A stretch of DNA of 64,000 bases. Source: a virus (Duplodnaviria > Caudoviricetes). Below the pieces are notes generated by a model. It was not told where the DNA came from. It ran no database searches and saw nothing but the letters and a program-made list of their open reading frames with translations. Made by a program: the position numbers and the translations under genes. This document shows positions 60,782-64,000 of the stretch, piece by piece (position 1 is the stretch's first letter; each line of letters opens with the position of its first letter). Location of the stretch: the IMG/VR virus record IMGVR_UViG_3300046839_000055, positions 32,001 to 96,000 of that record; one strand, 5' to 3'.

Positions 60782-61159
60782 TTATGAATAAATCATCTCA
60801 TGTAAAACAATTTCTTCTGCCCGGTTGTGAATGTTATTGCAACGCTGCACCCATTCCATTTGACGGGTACGCTTCAATTCCTCGGTCACGCCCTCGGCAG
60901 CTTTCATCTGCTCCATGATGGTGTCTAACCGTTTCTGTGCCTGTTCGTTCAGGTCTGCAAGATATGTCCACAATTCCCCGGTCAGGGTCAATGTGTGTAA
61001 TCTGGCTGGGCAGACTTCTCTTAAATATTCCCGGTGCATCCGTCCGTACTTTCCGATGGGGCGGTGTTCCTCCGGCAACTTCAAGTCCGGGATGTAGTAA
61101 TCTCCAACAAGGATATAATCAATTCCGTTTTCTTTTATTCTTGGTTTCAATTCGCTCAT
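60782..61159 (-). CDS. tnpV: TnpV family protein
   Basis: GDYYIPDL, IGKYGRMH..YL, EGVTEELK..QMEWV. Confidence 0.88.
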   Translation of the reverse strand: MSELKPRIKENGIDYILVGDYYIPDLKLPEEHRPIGKYGRMHREYLREVCPARLHTLTLTGELWTYLADLNEQAQKRLDTIMEQMKAAEGVTEELKRTRQMEWVQRCNNIHNRAEEIVLHEMIYS

Positions 61160-61391
61160 GTTCCTTACCTCCTGTGGAAGCAGGCTCGTCTGGTACTAAC
61201 TCAATCACATCGGTAATCTCACAATTCAGCGTTTCGCAGATACGGGCTAATGTATCCATGCTGATGTGCTTTCCCTCTTTGCTCATGTTGGCAATCATAT
61301 TTGTTGTCATACCAGCGGCAAGCCTTAAATCCTCTTTTCTCATATCACGCTCTAACAGTGTGTGCCAGAGTGGTTTATAGCTGATGTGCAT
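61119..61391 (-). CDS. Cro/C1-type HTH protein
   Basis: ISYKPLW..L, ISMDTLARICETLNCEITDVIE; upstream TTGTGA-17-TATAAT at 61483-61455. Confidence 0.85.
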   Translation of the reverse strand: MHISYKPLWHTLLERDMRKEDLRLAAGMTTNMIANMSKEGKHISMDTLARICETLNCEITDVIELVPDEPASTGGKEHERIETKNKRKRN

Positions 61392-62008
61392 ATTGTTTTC
61401 CTGCCTTTCTATCCATACCACCGGAGCGGCTGCCCCGGCAGGAACTTTTCTCTTATTATAGCACCAATCTTGTGAAATCACAATTTATTCTTGTAGCCTG
61501 CCGCTGATACCGTCTGGATTGGCTTTTCCTTTCTTTTTGTTCCCTTTAATTAGCCATGAACTGTTTCATGCCCTGAGACTTTGCGCCGGGGTTGTCATTG
61601 CCGTATCCTTCCATGAGATTAATGACACCCCAGATACCAAGACCTGCACCAAGAGCAATCACGAGTGTCTGAAGTACGCCTACTGCTGAGTTGAAAAATT
61701 CCATAAGTTCCTCCTTTGATCTGTGCCTTTTTGGCAATGCATATGGATGTGATTCTCTGTTTTCTGTCTCTGGTGATGCAAAGGATTTCTATCCTCTCGT
61801 GCGTCTGCACCATTCCTGATCACCCAGATCCTGAAAACAAAACAAGCAGCCAGATGCCTTCACAGGTGACGTCTGACTGCCATGTATTCCGCATCTGATG
61901 ATGCGGTATCGATTTGCCCGATATTTCCGGGAAATAAGAAACCGGAGAGCTCTGCAATGAGTGTCTCCGGCTAAAGTAGGTATTCATTTGTATGCGGCAA
62001 TTTGATAT

Positions 62009-62206
62009 TCACAGTTTTTGCTGGATATTCTTTAATGTTTCTTCAACCTGAATCTGTGTGATCCCAAAGCACTTCTTTCCAGCATCTTTCAGTGAAGTAC
62101 CAACATGATACACTGCTTTATAGTCTAAAATCAGGAAGCATAGCTATACCACTTTCTGTAAACACATAGTCCATATTCACTTGAGGTCGCAATTTGCGAC
62201 CTCAAG
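62009..62206 (-). pseudogene. Collapsed remnant of an ORF6N-domain gene
   Basis: Three abutting fragments joined across frame changes: LRSQIATSS, YVFTESGIAML, FLILDYKAVYHVGTSLKDAGKKCFGI. Confidence 0.7.
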
Positions 62207-62222
62207 ATTTGCCATTAACAGT

Positions 62223-64000
62223 TCACATACGCTTTGCTGCAAGATCTTCATTCACCACCTCATATTCCTCGCCCGGCTTCAACTTCATCTGCCGGTTCAG
62301 GAACTTCTCAATGTCAAACAGGTTCTTCTTGTCGCAGTCCCCGGTCAGGTAATAGTTCGGATGCTTCGTCAGATCATACTTGGATGATAGGAATGGCCGG
62401 ACACCTCTGAGCTGCAAAATGCACTTGGATCCATCCAGCACCGCGAGTTCATCAACGGACAGAAGATCATGCCCAAGCTTCTGATAGTTCAGACTGTGGG
62501 ACAGTTCCCGTCCCCGGTTCTCTCCGGTGTTGTAGGTATCGATCGTCTCTTTGCCGAGCGCCTGATTCAGCTCCTTTAGTGTTGTTGGTTCCGTGCCGCC
62601 AAGGAAGATCCGCGAATCCATGTTGCCGATGATCGTATCTGCGTTGTCCTTGTAGATCGCCTTGAGCTGCGACTGCGCCTGCAGCACCAGACAGGCAGAG
62701 ATCTCACGGCTGCGGATCGTTGCAACCAGCTTTTCCAGATTCGGGATCTGACCGATGTTGGCAGCCTCATCAATGAGACACCGCACATGCACCGGCAGGC
62801 GTCCTCCGTAGACATCATCCGCCTTCTCACAGAGCAGGTTGAACATCTGCGTGTAGATCATAGCGATCAGAAAGTTAAATGTGGCATCGGTATCCGACAT
62901 GATCAGAAAGAGCGCCGTCTTCCGGTCTCCCAGCGTATCCAGCTCCAGTTCATCGTACATGGTGATATCCCGGACTTCCTGAATGTCAAATGGAGCAAGT
63001 CTTGCGCCGCAGCTCACAAGTATACTTTTCAGGGTCTTGCCGGCAGCCATCTTGAACTTCACATACTGTCTTATCGCAAAATGATTGGGATTCTTCTCTT
63101 TCAGCCGCTCAAAAAGGATATCCACCGGGTTCTGGTACTCTTCATCATCTTCCCGGACATCCATCGAATTGAGCATCTCCAGAAGTGTCGCAAAGTTCTG
63201 TTCTTCTTCCGGTGCCTCGTAATGAATGTATCCGATCAGCGCCGTGTAGAGCAGCGTCTCCGCCTTGGTCCAGAACTCATCCCCGGCTTTTCCTTCTCCT
63301 TTCGTATTGGCGATGAGCGCTGTAACGAGCTTCAGGATGTCCTTCTCCGAGTGAATATAGGCAAAGGGATTGTATTTCATCGATTTCCTGAAATTGATCG
63401 TATTGAAGACCTTGATGACATACGGTTCCCGGATCACCATGCCCTTCTTATCCTTCAGGGGATTGCCTTTCTCATCCAATTTTGGAGCACCGTGCAGAAG
63501 TGCATTCCCGCATTCTACCAAAACACTGCCTTTTGGATCTGTGATCACATAAGAGCTATGCATCTGGAGAAGATTCGGCTTCAGCCAGAACCTTGTCTTA
63601 CCGCTGCCAGAACCGCCAACGATCAGGACGTTCTTGTTCCGGGCATTACCGGGATTCTTCGGGCGATTGCTCATCATGAGCAGCTCTGTTTTCGTCAGAA
63701 TCACGTTGTTCTGGAAAACCGGATCTTCAAACGGTGCAATATCCTGATGCGTTCCCCATCTTGCCGAGCCATATTCTGTATTGTGACGGTACTTCTTCGC
63801 GTTCTTGCCCCTCATATAGACGGCAAACCGGAACAGGCAGGCACAGCAGAGACCAATCAAAAGATCAAGCGAATGCACGCTGGGAAGTGGATTTTCAAAT
63901 GCCATTCCAAGCGTTGTCATCAATGACGCTGCCTTTTCAGATGCATCCGCTCCCTCCGCAAGCCGCCAAGCTTCTCCGAAGTTGGTACAGACGAGTCCAA
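62223..64000 (-). CDS. virD4: VirD4-like coupling protein (5' truncated by window edge)
   Basis: YGSARW, GGSGSGKT, TDPKG, LIDEAANIG, IRSR.IS; frame open to the window edge. Confidence 0.95.
   Translation of the reverse strand, partial: GLVCTNFGEAWRLAEGADASEKAASLMTTLGMAFENPLPSVHSLDLLIGLCCACLFRFAVYMRGKNAKKYRHNTEYGSARWGTHQDIAPFEDPVFQNNVILTKTELLMMSNRPKNPGNARNKNVLIVGGSGSGKTRFWLKPNLLQMHSSYVITDPKGSVLVECGNALLHGAPKLDEKGNPLKDKKGMVIREPYVIKVFNTINFRKSMKYNPFAYIHSEKDILKLVTALIANTKGEGKAGDEFWTKAETLLYTALIGYIHYEAPEEEQNFATLLEMLNSMDVREDDEEYQNPVDILFERLKEKNPNHFAIRQYVKFKMAAGKTLKSILVSCGARLAPFDIQEVRDITMYDELELDTLGDRKTALFLIMSDTDATFNFLIAMIYTQMFNLLCEKADDVYGGRLPVHVRCLIDEAANIGQIPNLEKLVATIRSREISACLVLQAQSQLKAIYKDNADTIIGNMDSRIFLGGTEPTTLKELNQALGKETIDTYNTGENRGRELSHSLNYQKLGHDLLSVDELAVLDGSKCILQLRGVRPFLSSKYDLTKHPNYYLTGDCDKKNLFDIEKFLNRQMKLKPGEEYEVVNEDLAAKRM

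Larger units (their letters stand above)
49055..61570 (-). mobile_element. Integrative mobilisable element (serine integrase, MobA/L relaxase, VapE) inserted in maff2
   Basis: CCC core at 49052-49054 and 61571-61573; removal restores tct cag ggg atg. Confidence 0.92.
48970..61704 (-). pseudogene. Maff2-family (pilin-like) gene split by the IME
   Basis: 5' part 61704-61571 (...EGYGNDNPGAKSQ) plus 3' part 49051-48970 (GMKQLMAGGG...LFD*). Confidence 0.92.
30597..64000 (-). mobile_element. Tn1549/Tn5252-type ICE conjugation region (continues beyond the window)
   Basis: virD4-maff2-virB6-prgI-virB4-NlpC/P60-ardC-topB-mobC-relaxase order. Confidence 0.92.

Overview
This window looks like nested mobile DNA from a Bacillota (Clostridia-like) genome; I found no housekeeping genes, rRNA, tRNA or CRISPR. 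(1) 1-~24.1 kb is the late half of a siphovirus prophage: terminase, portal, ClpP, HK97 capsid, tail genes with a -1 frameshifted chaperone, holin and endolysin, ending in tandem large serine recombinases. Its tail-terminator gene is split by a 3.3-kb three-gene IS (6-bp target duplication), and it carries a frameshifted methyltransferase moron. (2) 24.2-30.5 kb is a convergent operon of unknown, mostly membrane proteins. Its last gene is split by a 3.2-kb recombinase-less MarR/MATE segment whose own sigma-like gene is broken at the same AT dinucleotide, giving two reciprocal in-frame chimeras. (3) 30.6-64 kb is a Tn1549/Tn5252-type ICE on the minus strand (relaxase, MobC, TopB, NlpC/P60, VirB4, PrgI, VirB6, VirD4). 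Its JAB-ArdC gene is split by a RIT element. Its Maff2 gene is split by a 12.5-kb mobilisable element carrying lsa-like and lnu-like lincosamide resistance genes. Two signals stand out: the split-sigma integrated circle, and a 16-bp quasi-palindromic site that brackets four unrelated cargo genes, in inverted orientation, in two different elements. The second suggests an integron/pdif-like cassette system. Family assignments come from motif recognition, not from database searches.
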